This document shows, in pieces, positions 37,918-47,462 of a stretch of 64,000 nucleotides of DNA (position 1 is its first letter; every line of letters begins with the position of its first letter). Origin of the DNA: an uncultured Candidatus Actinomarina sp. (lineage in GTDB: Bacteria; Actinomycetota; Acidimicrobiia; Actinomarinales; Actinomarinaceae); contig CACKFQ010000001.1 in assembly GCA_902599555.1 (NCBI GenBank), positions 2,763 to 66,762 on the forward strand. The letters run 5' to 3'. Both the position numbers and the translations under genes were made by a program. Under the pieces are notes generated by a model. The model searched no databases and was not told the DNA's origin. It was given only the letters and a program-made list of their open reading frames with translations.

Positions 37918-38652
37918 ATGGAATCAAAGTTTAATTTTAAGAATTTTTCAATTGTAATACCTATCTTCAACGAAGAGGAAATACTTGAAGAATCAACTAA
38001 TGCAATTTTTTCATTATGTAAAAGAATGGATATAGATTTTGAAATTATTTTTTCAGAAAATGGATCTACTGATAAAACAAAAGAAATTGCTGAAGAGTTA
38101 ACTAAAAAGCATCCAGAAATAAAAATTATATCGAATCCAGAGCCAAATTATGGAAATGCATTAAAAACTGGATTTGAAATAGCACAAAATGATTTAGTTA
38201 TATCATTTGATATTGATTACTATTCAGAATCTTTTTTAAGTGAAGCTTTAAAGCTTGAAAGCGAATATTCTGGAATAACTGCTTCCAAAAGGCTTGGATC
38301 TTCTGAAGATGGACGGAGATTTATCAGAAGGTTAGCTACTAATTTTTTTGTAATTCTTTTAAAAACTCTTTTTGGCACAAAACTAAGTGATACTCACGGA
38401 ATGAAAGCAATTAAAAAATCGGAAATTGAAAAATTTCTTCCAAAGGTTATTTCGACACAAGACATATTTGATACTGAATTGTTGATAAGAATAGAAAAAA
38501 ACGGTGGCAAAATAAAAGAAGTACCTGCAAAAGTAAACGAAATAAGACCAAGCGTTTCCTTAATTTATAAAAGAATCCCAAGAACACTAAAAAGCTTAAT
38601 TAAATTAAGAATTATTTTTTATAAAGAATCTTTAAAAACAAAAAATTTATAA
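37918..38652 (+). CDS. GT2 glycosyltransferase (polyprenol-phosphate sugar synthase-like)
   Basis: IVIPIFNEE, ENGSTD.T, DID, ASKR, SDT.GMKA, FDTELL. Confidence 0.88.
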   Translation: MESKFNFKNFSIVIPIFNEEEILEESTNAIFSLCKRMDIDFEIIFSENGSTDKTKEIAEELTKKHPEIKIISNPEPNYGNALKTGFEIAQNDLVISFDIDYYSESFLSEALKLESEYSGITASKRLGSSEDGRRFIRRLATNFFVILLKTLFGTKLSDTHGMKAIKKSEIEKFLPKVISTQDIFDTELLIRIEKNGGKIKEVPAKVNEIRPSVSLIYKRIPRTLKSLIKLRIIFYKESLKTKNL

Positions 38653-39083
38653 ATAACATATTTGATGGGAAGTATTGCTCCATTTATAAGAATTGTAATT
38701 ACAAGAAACCAAAATTCATCTTTCTGTAAAGCATCATTAATGAAATTGATTACAAACCAAATTAAATTTGGTGCAAATAAACTTATCAAATTAGTGTAAG
38801 AAAAATTTAAAAACTCTTTTAACTTTCCTCCAAAAAAGCTAAATTTAAAAATTATTCTTCTTGATAAATAGTATGAGATCACCACTCCAATTAAAAATGC
38901 AAATACATTAGTAACGTAAGTTCTGAAAGGAAACGCAATAAAAGTAAGAACAAAAAATTGAAATAAATATGTCAAAGATAAACCAATCAACAAATTTATA
39001 GCACCAACAATATAAGTTCTAATTAGCTGCATAAATGAAGTGTCACTTTGGAAAATTTTCAAGGATTTTAATTTATTTAACAT
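38619..39083 (-). CDS. GtrA-like lipid-linked sugar flippase
   Basis: Small 4-TM protein: QLIR..IVG..N, ISYYL.R..IFK, KY.IYKF.VFK. Confidence 0.75.
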   Translation of the reverse strand: MLNKLKSLKIFQSDTSFMQLIRTYIVGAINLLIGLSLTYLFQFFVLTFIAFPFRTYVTNVFAFLIGVVISYYLSRRIIFKFSFFGGKLKEFLNFSYTNLISLFAPNLIWFVINFINDALQKDEFWFLVITILINGAILPIKYVIYKFFVFKDSL

Positions 39084-41250
39084 TCACAAATCTTTTTTTA
39101 TAAGTATAAGTAATAAGTAAAGCACCAAAAAGAGTAAAAATAGATAAATAATTTAGAGCTTTTTCAACATTACTAGACTCAAAATTAATTTCCACAAGTT
39201 CATCTTTTGGAACAACTGCCATAAATGATGGTGAGATTCTAAAAGGACCATAACCATTTTTTATTTTCCAGTTTGGAAAATATGAAACTTTAATTAAATG
39301 AAGTTGATTTGGTTTATTTGTTGTAAAAGTTATTAATTCGTTTTGAATATTTAAATCACTAATTAAAAGCTCTGTGTTGAAGTTAGTAGGATCAGCAAAG
39401 TCATTATCATAGTTTTCAATTATTTTGAAATTTGATTCATTTTTAAAGCTCTCAAAAGAAGCTTCAAAAAAACTTTGTTCTGTTCCTTCCCTTAAAACTG
39501 CATTCCGAAGACGGTCATAGAAATCAGGACTTTCAAATAAATATAAGTTATCTTCAACGAGCTCAACTTTATTAGTATTTATTGAATAAACATTGAAAAC
39601 TTCATTTGAGAATAAAAAATTAAAATTTTCATTCCTATCAGCTTTATCTTTAATTGAAGTTGTATATGCAATAAAATAATCTACACCCATTTCTTCCATT
39701 AATCTAAAACCTTTATCGAATTCACCATTGATATACGTCAACCCCCCAACTGGATTAGATGGCCTTTCAGCAACACCTGAAACTGTTAAAAAATGAAATG
39801 GTGTTGTTATGCTTGAATCAAAATATAAACCTTCGACACTTTCGTGATCTGTGAACATGGGAATTGTCATCAACACCATAGGCGTACCATATTTATTTAA
39901 ATCAGAATTTGGTTCCCACATTATTCTTCCTGGCTCAAGTGTGTTTAGGCCTTCATAAAGAGTGGTAATATCTGACCAGTTATTTTTGCTCTCATAACCA
40001 CTGAAGTTCCAATTTAACCAGTGAGGTAAGTAACTTAAAGTTCCAAAAGTAAGAGAAACAAGAGTTGTGTAAATTAATAATTTTTTTGAGTTTATTGAAA
40101 TTAAAAACATAAACAAAACAATTAAAATTACGCTTATAGTTGTTGTTGTATATGTATTTCCCCATTTAGAGTAATACAAATACATAAAGTAAGAGTTGAT
40201 AAACAAAATAAAAATAGTCAAAGGATATTTGCCCTGTATTTTTTTTGTTAAATTTTTAATATCATATTGTAATAATTTAAAAAACAGAACTATGATAGCT
40301 AAATTGAAAAATGGAACTATCCTGCCATTCCAAAGTGCACTTTCTGGTCCATAAAAAAATAAATATATTGAAACAGTAAGTAGGTACATTTCAAATCCAG
40401 TAACTACTTTTAAAGAACTTTTGCTATTGCTTGAAATAAGATAAATAATTGCACCAATAACAAATGGGAGTATATCAGATTTTACTAGGTCTGATATCTG
40501 GGTGTAAGGAGTATACGTCATATTTGTAGTGAATTCTAGATTTAAAAATAATGAGATAGAAAATCTCATTGCAATAAATAAGAAAAACATAAATGCTGAA
40601 ATCTTTTTGTAAATTTTTATATCACTTTTTAAGAAATAAAAAACAAATATTGGCAAATAAATTAAAAAAGGAATTAAATGGGAAAGTACAGATAAGCCAA
40701 TGAACAAAGAAGCAATTTCTATAGAATATCTGTGGTTTGACTTCATTAGATAAAATATTGATAAATTTGCAAAAGCGATCGAATAAGTAAAGGAGTACTG
40801 TCCTGCAAGTGATGAAGCTAAATTTCCACCAAAAATTGTGAATGATTCAGTAAGCAAATATAACAATCCAACACCAAATCCATAAAAAGAAAACTCTTTT
40901 GAATTTTTACGCATAAGAAATTCAATAGAAATAACTAACAAAACTTGTGAAATTAGCACCATGGTTTTAAAAGAAATTGAAAATGGAAACAAAAAGTTTA
41001 AGAGACTAGTAATGATGGGAGGAAGTGGAAAATAAAAGTAGTAGATTGGGTATCCGGCAAACCAGTCTTGTGACCATCCACTTAATTTAAAATTGTTAAA
41101 TAACTCAGTAACAAAAAACTTAGTCGGCACGATATGTGCTCCCATATCCCCACCGGTTGGAAGTAAATCTGAAAAAACTAGTTCAATTCGCAAAAATATT
41201 AACAGCAAAGAACCGAGGGCAACTTTTACAAAAAGATTATTTTTAAGCAT
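39073..41250 (-). CDS. Polytopic GT-C-like glycosyltransferase (PTPS-related/YfhO-like membrane protein)
   Basis: TGGDMGAH, SGWS.DWFAGYP.Y.FY.PLP, ~13 TM segments, extracytoplasmic C-terminal domain, K.SYFPNW. Confidence 0.75.
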   Translation of the reverse strand: MLKNNLFVKVALGSLLLIFLRIELVFSDLLPTGGDMGAHIVPTKFFVTELFNNFKLSGWSQDWFAGYPIYYFYFPLPPIITSLLNFLFPFSISFKTMVLISQVLLVISIEFLMRKNSKEFSFYGFGVGLLYLLTESFTIFGGNLASSLAGQYSFTYSIAFANLSIFYLMKSNHRYSIEIASLFIGLSVLSHLIPFLIYLPIFVFYFLKSDIKIYKKISAFMFFLFIAMRFSISLFLNLEFTTNMTYTPYTQISDLVKSDILPFVIGAIIYLISSNSKSSLKVVTGFEMYLLTVSIYLFFYGPESALWNGRIVPFFNLAIIVLFFKLLQYDIKNLTKKIQGKYPLTIFILFINSYFMYLYYSKWGNTYTTTTISVILIVLFMFLISINSKKLLIYTTLVSLTFGTLSYLPHWLNWNFSGYESKNNWSDITTLYEGLNTLEPGRIMWEPNSDLNKYGTPMVLMTIPMFTDHESVEGLYFDSSITTPFHFLTVSGVAERPSNPVGGLTYINGEFDKGFRLMEEMGVDYFIAYTTSIKDKADRNENFNFLFSNEVFNVYSINTNKVELVEDNLYLFESPDFYDRLRNAVLREGTEQSFFEASFESFKNESNFKIIENYDNDFADPTNFNTELLISDLNIQNELITFTTNKPNQLHLIKVSYFPNWKIKNGYGPFRISPSFMAVVPKDELVEINFESSNVEKALNYLSIFTLFGALLITYTYKKRFVNVK

Positions 41251-41491
41251 CGGTTAAATTTTTACCTAAATATTTGGTTCTTCTCTTTCCTTCTTCGGTC
41301 CATTCTGCATACCAATATGGACCGTGAGGGCATGAATTACATGACTCTTTTCCACACTTTATTGATTTTGTCCTATAAGAAACTTTTACATCAAATTCAA
41401 TATTTAACTTGTTGTCCACCAATAATTTAACTCTCTTTAAATCTGCTTCATCAAGTTCTGATAATCCATCTAGAATATCTTTGTCTATCAT
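41243..41491 (-). CDS. Small DUF6788-like Cys/His zinc-binding protein
   Basis: KCGKESCNSCPHGPYWYAEW.EEGK.RTKYLGK. Confidence 0.75.
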   Translation of the reverse strand: MIDKDILDGLSELDEADLKRVKLLVDNKLNIEFDVKVSYRTKSIKCGKESCNSCPHGPYWYAEWTEEGKRRTKYLGKNLTDA

Positions 41492-41536
41492 TACTAAAAT
41501 GTTAGTTGAAAGGTCATATATTTAAGGTTCTTATAA

Positions 41537-42433
41537 ATGAAAAAAATTGTTTATTTAAGTGGAGGTGTAGGAGGCGCTAAATTTGCAAAGGGGTTGAGCA
41601 AGTTAAAAAATATCGACTTATCAATTATCGTCAATACTGGTGATGACGAATATATACATGGAGTAGCACTTTCGCCTGACATTGATTCTGTAATTTATGG
41701 TTTAGCAAATATAGAAGGGAAATTAGGTTGGGGTGTCTTGAATGATAAATTCACTGTAAATGATGAATTAAAAAAGTTTTATGACTTGAATTTTATGATA
41801 GGTGACAAAGACCTAGCTCTTAATTTGTTTAGAAACCAAATGTTAAACGATGGTTTTCAACTCACTGAAATCACAGAGATAATAAAAAATAAATTTAATA
41901 TCAAATGTAAAATACTTCCGATGTCTGACGATAAAGTAAGTACAAAACTTATTACAAAAAAAGGTGATAAGCTAAATTTCCAAAATTATTTTGTTGAAAA
42001 AAAAGCAAAACCACGATTGAGTAAAGTTGTCTATGAAGGATCAAGAAAAGCAAGGTCCTCAAATCAAGTCATAAACTTAATTAATCAAAGTGATGTTTTA
42101 ATTGTTGGTCCCTCAAATCCAATCCTGTCTGTTGGTCCTATCCTTTCCATAAGTAGGATTAATCAATCGATACAAGATCATAATAATGTTATTGCTATTA
42201 GTCCGTTTGTAGGTAAAAAGGCTCTTAAAGGTCCTTCTGTTCAAAATTTTATTGATATGGGGTACAAGCCAGATATTCAGGGATTAAAAAAATATTATAA
42301 AAATCGAGTTAATAAATTTTATGTTCATTATGGAGATTCTGACAACTCTTCAAACGTCTTTGAAGACCAAATTGTTTTTAAAAATGAAAATGACTCTAAA
42401 AATCTAGCTAATAGGATATTGCAAAATGAATGA
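41537..42433 (+). CDS. cofD: 2-phospho-L-lactate transferase (F420 biosynthesis)
   Basis: LSGGVGGAKF..G, VNTGDD, SPD.D, IGDKD, PMSD, FQ.YFV, GPSNP..S.GPIL. Confidence 0.92.
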   Translation: MKKIVYLSGGVGGAKFAKGLSKLKNIDLSIIVNTGDDEYIHGVALSPDIDSVIYGLANIEGKLGWGVLNDKFTVNDELKKFYDLNFMIGDKDLALNLFRNQMLNDGFQLTEITEIIKNKFNIKCKILPMSDDKVSTKLITKKGDKLNFQNYFVEKKAKPRLSKVVYEGSRKARSSNQVINLINQSDVLIVGPSNPILSVGPILSISRINQSIQDHNNVIAISPFVGKKALKGPSVQNFIDMGYKPDIQGLKKYYKNRVNKFYVHYGDSDNSSNVFEDQIVFKNENDSKNLANRILQNE

Positions 42434-43124
42434 GATAAGGATAATACCAGTAGAAGGTATTCCAGAAATTAAGGTTGATGATAATTTGGCTGAAATCACA
42501 TTCGATGTTTTAAATAAAAGTGAGATTGGTATTGAAAAAAATGACATTTTTATTGTTACTCAAAAAATTGTGTCAAAAAGTGAAGGAATGGAAAGAGATC
42601 TCTCAAATTATGATTTTGATGAGTTGTTGCAGAGTGAATCGAAAAAAATTATAAGAAAAAGAGGAGATTTAGTTATAGCAAAGACACACCATGGATTTAT
42701 TTGTGCAAATGCTGGAATTGATAGATCAAATGTAAAGAAAAATTCAGCTTTACTGCTCCCTGATGACCCCAATAAATCAGCAGATAAATTTCGAAAAAGG
42801 TTTGAATCATTAGCAAATTTACCCATTGCGGTAATAATTTCTGATACGTTTGGTCGAGCGTGGAGAAAAGGTCAAGTTAATTTTGCGATTGGTTCATCAG
42901 GAATAAGTCCTATAGATAGTTATATTGGCAAATTAGATAGTTTTGATAATGAACTTAATGCTACAGAAATAGCAGTTATTGATGAGTTAGCAAGCGCTGC
43001 TGAGCTGGTCATGAAGAAAACTATTGATATTCCAATAGCAATAATCAGGGGTGTTTACTATGAAAGTTCTAAGCTAAATGCAAATGAATTGTTAAGAGAA
43101 GATAATGAAGATTTTTTTCTTTAA
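42426..43124 (+). CDS. cofE: Coenzyme F420-0:L-glutamate ligase
   Basis: GIPEI..DDNL, KIVSK.EG, ICANAGID.SN, LLP.DP..SA, DTFGRAWR.GQ, DELASAAELVM.K. Confidence 0.93.
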   Translation: MNEIRIIPVEGIPEIKVDDNLAEITFDVLNKSEIGIEKNDIFIVTQKIVSKSEGMERDLSNYDFDELLQSESKKIIRKRGDLVIAKTHHGFICANAGIDRSNVKKNSALLLPDDPNKSADKFRKRFESLANLPIAVIISDTFGRAWRKGQVNFAIGSSGISPIDSYIGKLDSFDNELNATEIAVIDELASAAELVMKKTIDIPIAIIRGVYYESSKLNANELLREDNEDFFL

Positions 43125-44044
43125 GCTCTCAACCAGTTAAAGACTTGTTTCATACCTTCATCTAAGTTGTATTCTGGTTTCCAATCTAATTCTTTTTTTG
43201 CTTTTGTATTATTCAATACACTTCTATTTAATTCACCTTCTCTTGCAGGTTTATAAATAGGATTAATTTCAGAATTAAACTGTCTTTTCATTGAATTAGC
43301 AAGATTATTTACTGAAGTTTCAACACCAGTTCCAATGTTTAAAAAATGGTTTTTATCAATTTTTGATGCTTTTATTAATGCACTGACAACATCCTTTACA
43401 TATACATAATCTCTGGTCTGCTCACCATCTCCATAGATAATCGGTTCCTCATTATTTAAATATTTGTTTGCAAATATTGATACTACTCCTGCCTCACCAT
43501 GGGGGTCCTGCCTTGGTCCATAAACATTAGATAGATTTAAAATTGAGTATTTTAAATTTGAATTATTTGTCATTATCTTTATTAATTCATTTAATCTTTT
43601 TTTTGCAACTCCATACGGAGACTCTGGCTCATCTGCATAATCTTCTTCACCAGTAGGAATTACAGAAGGTTCACCAAAGATTGTTCCTCCAGATGAAGTA
43701 AACACTAATTTTTTACAGTTAGATTTTAAAAGTACTTGAATAAGTTTTATTGGCTGTAAAATATTATGTTCAAAATCAAGTGCTGGGTTTTCAACTGATA
43801 CAACAACTGAAGACTGTGCAGCTAAATGGAAGCATACGTCTGGATCAAATTTTTCAATTTCTTCTAAAGAGTTTTCAGAACCGAAATCATCAATTATGAA
43901 TTTAAAATTACCTGTCATTTCTAAATTCTCTTTTTTACCAGTTAGACAATTATCAAAGATTAAAATCTCATTTTCATTACTAAGAAGCTCTTCAACCAGA
44001 TGAGAACCTATAAAGCCAGCTCCTCCAGTTACTAGTATTTTCAT
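43121..44044 (-). CDS. NAD-dependent epimerase/dehydratase (GalE-like)
   Basis: TGGAGFIGSH, HLAAQ, SSGG, PYG.AK, NVYGPRQ.PHGEAGVV, RDYVYV. Confidence 0.9.
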   Translation of the reverse strand: MKILVTGGAGFIGSHLVEELLSNENEILIFDNCLTGKKENLEMTGNFKFIIDDFGSENSLEEIEKFDPDVCFHLAAQSSVVVSVENPALDFEHNILQPIKLIQVLLKSNCKKLVFTSSGGTIFGEPSVIPTGEEDYADEPESPYGVAKKRLNELIKIMTNNSNLKYSILNLSNVYGPRQDPHGEAGVVSIFANKYLNNEEPIIYGDGEQTRDYVYVKDVVSALIKASKIDKNHFLNIGTGVETSVNNLANSMKRQFNSEINPIYKPAREGELNRSVLNNTKAKKELDWKPEYNLDEGMKQVFNWLRA

Positions 44045-44047
44045 TTT

Positions 44048-44926
44048 TTAGTTTTTCCTTATAATTTCTTTGTTAATAATAGTGCCGGTGGTGATAGTTG
44101 AATCACTACTTATTATTGAATCTGAAATGGTTACATTATCTTCGATAATACAGTTATCCAAAATAACACTGTTTTTTACTATTGCACTTTCGCTAACATG
44201 TACATTATTTGGGGAGACCCAATTTTCTTCACCTTCAACAATATGTGCAGAAATGTATGATTCTAGTGTTCCAACATCCAACATATCTCCCTTTACGGTA
44301 TATGTACTTAATAAACCGGTTTTAGATAGTGCTGGAAATACCTGTCTTTCAAAAGAACAAGGAATTTCAAGATTTTTATGTATTGATAATATATCTTTCT
44401 TGTATAAATGATACAAACCCAGGCTTATTTTATTTCCATAGCTTTTGTCTTTTGGTTTTTCTATAAATTGGGTTACTTTACTGTCTTGGTCTATTTCTAA
44501 AACTCCAAATCTTGTTGGGTCTTCCACTTCAAATGACCCAATTAGAGAATTAGAGCATTGACTAGATGCATCAATGAAATTGGGTAAATCAACATTTAAT
44601 AATAAATCACCATTCATGCAGTAAAATCTATCTGGCATTGAATCCAAATTTTCAATGATGTATCCGGCCGTGTCTAGCTTAGATTTTTCAAAATGAAGAT
44701 TTATATTGTTATTGTGGTTAGTTTTATAACTTATCCAATGTTCTTCATGTTTGATTGAGCAAATTAAATTAAAATTAAAATTTTCTAAATTTGAAAATTG
44801 TTTAATAATTTTATCAATTATTCTTTCTCCTCTAATTGTAAGTAGGGCTTTTGGTATGCCAGAAGAAAGTGGTTGAAGTCTTGTTGCCTCTCCTCCAACT
44901 AATAAATAAATTTCATTCATCTTCAT
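44048..44926 (-). CDS. NDP-sugar synthase (mannose-1-phosphate guanylyltransferase-like)
   Basis: GG..TRL.PL....PK, L.TAG, NGD, EDP.RFGV, F.EKP, DVGT..SY; C-terminal hexapeptide repeats. Confidence 0.85.
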   Translation of the reverse strand: MKMNEIYLLVGGEATRLQPLSSGIPKALLTIRGERIIDKIIKQFSNLENFNFNLICSIKHEEHWISYKTNHNNNINLHFEKSKLDTAGYIIENLDSMPDRFYCMNGDLLLNVDLPNFIDASSQCSNSLIGSFEVEDPTRFGVLEIDQDSKVTQFIEKPKDKSYGNKISLGLYHLYKKDILSIHKNLEIPCSFERQVFPALSKTGLLSTYTVKGDMLDVGTLESYISAHIVEGEENWVSPNNVHVSESAIVKNSVILDNCIIEDNVTISDSIISSDSTITTGTIINKEIIRKN

Positions 44927-46298
44927 TAAGAATATTAAAAAACTTATTTAAATCGTCATCTTTTTCTAAATTTATAATTTTATCCCACACTTCTAAAGCT
45001 TCTTCTGTGTCAAATAAAGATTCCACATTTCTGAGAAATTTATCTTTTAATAATGGAATTGCTTCTTCTCTTCTTGAAGGGTGACCTATAGGATTTTCTA
45101 TAGTTATTTTTTCTGAAGTTGAGTTATCGTTATAAACAATTTCTATTGAGTTAGATATATATCTCTTTGAAAATTCGTAATAGTCTTTTGTGAATTGAGG
45201 TTGTTCAGAGACGAAAATCTTTTTTCTTAAATTATTAATATTTTCAAATCCTTCAAAACTCTCTTCATACATTTCATATTTTAATTCCCCGTAAAGAAGT
45301 GCAGCAGCAACCATATATTCCATACTGTGGTCTCTATCTGAAGCATTTTTTAAAACCTCTTTGTTTGAAATTATCCTCATTGCGGGTTCATGTGTGTAAA
45401 TATTGACTTTTTCAAACTTATTTATATTTTTATTGAATTCCTCACTGAGCTCAATTGCAGCTTCCACTGCTGACTGACCGTGAAACTCAGCTGGAAATAA
45501 AACTTTGAACAATATATTTTGTATAACCCAATTATTAAGATCTTTTCCAAATTCTATTTTTGAATTAGCCAAAAAACTGGACTCAAATCCCCACTTGTTT
45601 TCACTCTGAACAGATTCATAAATTTCATCTTCGTAGTTGCTAATAATTGCAAGCTCGATACCTCTTTTAGAGGCATCTGCAGCTGCCCAACTTTTTCTTT
45701 TTCCAACATTCGGAAAATGTCTATACGCCCTGAGGCTTGGTCCATCTAAAAGTATATTGTTGACAGTTCTTCTAATAGCATTTGTATCTCCATTATTGAC
45801 CAAACAAGAGAAGACAGAACCTGAAGCAAGTTTTACGTAAAAAACGTGATCATAACCTAGTTTGTTTAGTGATGTCCCTAAACATAATGAACCTTGTATC
45901 TCATACGCTTTAGTTAAAGCATTTGTAAAATCATTAAATTTATAATTTTTATTTTTAAAAAAATAGCTATATATTGAACCAAAATTATCTGATGGGTGTG
46001 CCCACTCTTTAGCCAAAAAAGTGTCGTTGTAATCAAACCATCTTGTTAAAACTGTTAAGTACCATGATATGTTTTCATAGCTTTCATTAACAGATAAATT
46101 TTTAAATGGATTTTTAAAATTCGGAGTTAAATTATTTTTTGATGCAAATTGAAGAACGTTTTCATGATTACTTGCTTCGATTATGCAGCCTATAGTATCT
46201 AATATTGCTAATTTAGACGAATAGAAATGATTGTCATCTTCAACAATATCATTAGAAATGTAATCAGTAATTAATACATCTAGATTGTTAGAATTCAA
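44913..46298 (-). CDS. prpD: 2-methylcitrate dehydratase
   Basis: RWFDYNDTFLAKEWAHPSDN, LR.YRH.PN.G.RKSWAAADA, FKVLFPAEFHGQSAVEAA, RDHS..Y, IGHP.RR.E. Confidence 0.93.
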   Translation of the reverse strand: MNSNNLDVLITDYISNDIVEDDNHFYSSKLAILDTIGCIIEASNHENVLQFASKNNLTPNFKNPFKNLSVNESYENISWYLTVLTRWFDYNDTFLAKEWAHPSDNFGSIYSYFFKNKNYKFNDFTNALTKAYEIQGSLCLGTSLNKLGYDHVFYVKLASGSVFSCLVNNGDTNAIRRTVNNILLDGPSLRAYRHFPNVGKRKSWAAADASKRGIELAIISNYEDEIYESVQSENKWGFESSFLANSKIEFGKDLNNWVIQNILFKVLFPAEFHGQSAVEAAIELSEEFNKNINKFEKVNIYTHEPAMRIISNKEVLKNASDRDHSMEYMVAAALLYGELKYEMYEESFEGFENINNLRKKIFVSEQPQFTKDYYEFSKRYISNSIEIVYNDNSTSEKITIENPIGHPSRREEAIPLLKDKFLRNVESLFDTEEALEVWDKIINLEKDDDLNKFFNILNEDE

Positions 46299-46301
46299 AA
46301 A

Positions 46302-47372
46302 TTATCTTTCAGAAGGTCCGGTATATTTGGCTGCAGGCCTAATCAAAATGTCTTGTTCTCTTTGTTCAAAATAATGTGATGCCCAGCCAACTGAACGTCC
46401 GGCAACAAAAATTGGAGTAAATAAATCAACTTCGAACCCAAGTTCAGCTAAAAGCAGACCTCCATAAAAATCTACATTTGGAAAAAGATTTTTTTCTTCA
46501 TCCATAATTTGGTCAATTTTTTGCGCAATCTCAAATCTATTTTCAGATTCATCATTATTGACCAATTTTGATACCCAATGCTTGACAATTGGACTTCTTG
46601 GGTCTTGAATTTTATAGACACCGTGACCAAATCCCATAATTTTTGTTTTTTGTTCTAGTAGTGCTTTAATTCCTTTTTCTGCATCATCAACAGTTTCGAA
46701 GGAATTAATAAGCTCTACTGCTCTTTCATTAGCTCCTCCATGAAGTTCTCCTTTAAGTGTTGCTATTCCTGAGACTATAGCCCCAGTTAGGTCTGCTCTT
46801 GTAGATGCTGTAACCCGTGTTGCAAAGGTTGAAGCATTAAACCCGTGTTCGGCATATAAAATCAACATATCATCTAAAGCTTCTAATTTTTCTTTTGATG
46901 TTCCATTAGGTAAAAGAGAGCTTGCCACCAAGTACTGCTTATCTAACTCATCACATGCTTCTTGGTGGTATGAGGCAATGATATAACAAACTATTGCTGT
47001 GATTCTTGCTGACAACTCAGTTTTATCTTCGTTATCTAAACTTTTTTTTCTAAGAGTCGTCAATTCACCCTTGTATGAAACTATTGTCCTGACAACATCC
47101 ATAGGGTGAAGCTTTTCTTTAATCTCCCCAAGTAATTCATTTAATTTAGTATCTTTTGTGGTTTCTAAATAATATTTTGAGAAACTTTTTTTGAAATTTT
47201 TATCTTCTATGGAATCTGTAAGAATTAGAGATGCAACTTCTTCGTAAGTATTATTAGATGTAAGCTCAGTTGCGTCGTAACCCCTATATCTAAGGGAAGT
47301 GCCTTCTTTACCAACTGTAGAGATTGCTGTTTCTCCTGCAACGACTCCTCTTAATCCAGGTGAATAATCCAT
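46302..47372 (-). CDS. prpC: Citrate/2-methylcitrate synthase
   Basis: GLRGVVAGET.IS, YAEH.FNASTF, LKG.LHGGANE, MGFGH.VY, PNVDF, R..GW; co-oriented with prpD. Confidence 0.85.
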   Translation of the reverse strand: MDYSPGLRGVVAGETAISTVGKEGTSLRYRGYDATELTSNNTYEEVASLILTDSIEDKNFKKSFSKYYLETTKDTKLNELLGEIKEKLHPMDVVRTIVSYKGELTTLRKKSLDNEDKTELSARITAIVCYIIASYHQEACDELDKQYLVASSLLPNGTSKEKLEALDDMLILYAEHGFNASTFATRVTASTRADLTGAIVSGIATLKGELHGGANERAVELINSFETVDDAEKGIKALLEQKTKIMGFGHGVYKIQDPRSPIVKHWVSKLVNNDESENRFEIAQKIDQIMDEEKNLFPNVDFYGGLLLAELGFEVDLFTPIFVAGRSVGWASHYFEQREQDILIRPAAKYTGPSER

Positions 47373-47462
47373 CGGTACAATTGTACAGTATTAAGATTCA
47401 TAAGGCTAGAAATTTAGCTATACAAACTAATAGTTTGTTACTATTGAGGTTATCATTTTCAT

